DNA of 61,927 bases, filler included, from Nemertoderma westbladi (taxonomy: Eukaryota > Animalia > Xenacoelomorpha): assembly GCA_032718475.1 (NCBI GenBank). It is 3 parts of 3 records of this genome, joined end to end, with 100 filler letters (N's around TTAATTAATTAA, not from the genome) between each part and the next. Parts side by side here need not be neighbours in the genome. Positions count along the whole stretch, not along the records: positions 42,077 to 61,927 come from JAUCBJ010002953.1; 2 more parts are not named here. One strand, 5' to 3'. Below, piece by piece: positions 60,900-61,927 of this stretch; the stretch's first letter is position 1, and every line of letters begins with the position of its first letter. Under the pieces are notes generated by a model. That model was not told where the DNA came from. It saw nothing but the letters and a program-made list of their open reading frames with translations, and made no database searches. The translations under genes and the position numbers were made by a program.

Positions 60900-61927
60900 A
60901 TGATTTTAACTTTGGGTTTCTCAATCCCGTTACGAGCTTATCGACGGTACTACGCGACACAATCCCAAATGGCAATAAATAACTACGTGATAAACTATGA
61001 GAGTATTAAAGATGCCGAGAGGAATATCAAAGACGTTGCAAACGTTACCCCAGTGCTAACGTCCTCTATTATAGATAAAGTATCCGGCTTCCAACTTCAT
61101 TTCAAATGCGAATTATTTCAGCGGACCGGGGTCCTTTAAGTTCCGCGGAATGTACAATGAAGTTTTTAATCATAAGAAAACCAATGGCACCCAACCAATG
61201 GTCATACATTCCAGCGGTAATGCTGGCCAGGCTTTGGCTTTAGCGAGTAGACTTCACGATATACCCTGCCATGTTGTCATGCCAACAGTAGCTATACCTT
61301 GTAAACGCAACGCTGTGATTGGCTATGGCGCCATAATTGCGGATTGCCAGGATTCTGAGTCATCTAGAGAGGAAGTCGCCCAATCCATAGTGGACAGGTT
61401 CAATGGCAAAGTTCGGTTAACATCGCCATCTCAAAGTCCTGACGTCATAGCCGGCGCGGGGAACCATAGCAACAGAGTTTATGGAACAGGTACCGACTTT
61501 TGGACGTTATTATTGTCCCAGTCGGTGGCGGGGGAATGATTTCCGGTATTGCCGTGGCCTGTAAACATTTAAATCCAAAGGTGAAGATTATTGCTGCAGA
61601 ACCAGCACTAGCGGATGACTGTTACCAATCAAAGTTGAACAACAGGAGGACACCTCTAACAAAAACGCCAATCACAATAGCGGACGCTCTGCGAACTTCG
61701 ATAGGACCAAATACTTGGCCAATCATAAGAGACTTCGTAAACGATGTCATTACAGTAACGGATGATCAAATCAAATCAGCAACAAGGTTGGTTTGGCAGA
61801 CGATGAAACTTACAATCGAGCCTAGTTCCGGAGTCGGTGTTGCCGTCGCTATTGGTGATCAACTGAAGAACATAATCCAACCAAACGCTGGTGGTTGGTG
61901 TAATACTGTGTGGGGGTAACGTTAGTC
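60900..61927 (+). CDS. SRR: Serine/aspartate racemase family PLP enzyme (fold type II), intronless, runs off window; four apparent +1 frameshifts
   Basis: TPVLTS, FKCELFQRTG[SFKFRG], HSSGN, VIAG.G[TIATEFMEQVP], VPVGGGGMISG, AAEP..ADDC, TIADAL, MKLTIEPS and [VILCGGNV]; bracketed parts are read after removing one base. Confidence 0.88.

Noticed and set aside
61128-61501. Programmed ribosomal frameshifting in the racemase
   Set aside because: Several same-direction shifts at homopolymers near a contig end, with no slippery-site/pseudoknot context, are better explained by sequencing error.

Overview
Eukaryotic (animal, most likely invertebrate) genomic scaffold: AT-rich, with GT-AG introns and two N gaps carrying a synthetic TTAATTAATTAA spacer. 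Host genes are an intronless type II membrane mucin-stalk/fibrinogen-domain protein (10881-12515), the first three exons of a nucleoredoxin (16770-18485), a stand-alone nitrobindin/THAP4-like gene (34927-35571), a complete 4-exon CTR9 (45080-50649), two exons of TBC1D31/WDR67 (55771-58332), a small protamine-like basic ORF (59806-60207) and a serine/aspartate racemase (60900-end) whose frameshifts look like homopolymer sequencing errors. Most of the rest is repeats: a 7.5 kb 55/61-bp satellite with higher-order structure, several minisatellites, RTE and CR1/L2-group LINE pieces, a putative solo LTR, and many non-autonomous DNA elements (hAT, Mutator, piggyBac, Helitron/Helentron, Transib-like), often with readable TSDs and nested. 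The most striking accessory system is a decayed ~7.5 kb IS3EU-like DNA transposon (25362-32890). It has long repeat-laden TIRs and encodes a DDE integrase-core transposase facing an intron-containing HECT E3 ubiquitin ligase, and both ORFs begin with a homologous zinc ribbon. All family assignments are from motif recognition by eye; no searches were run. No CRISPR, tRNA or rRNA could be supported.
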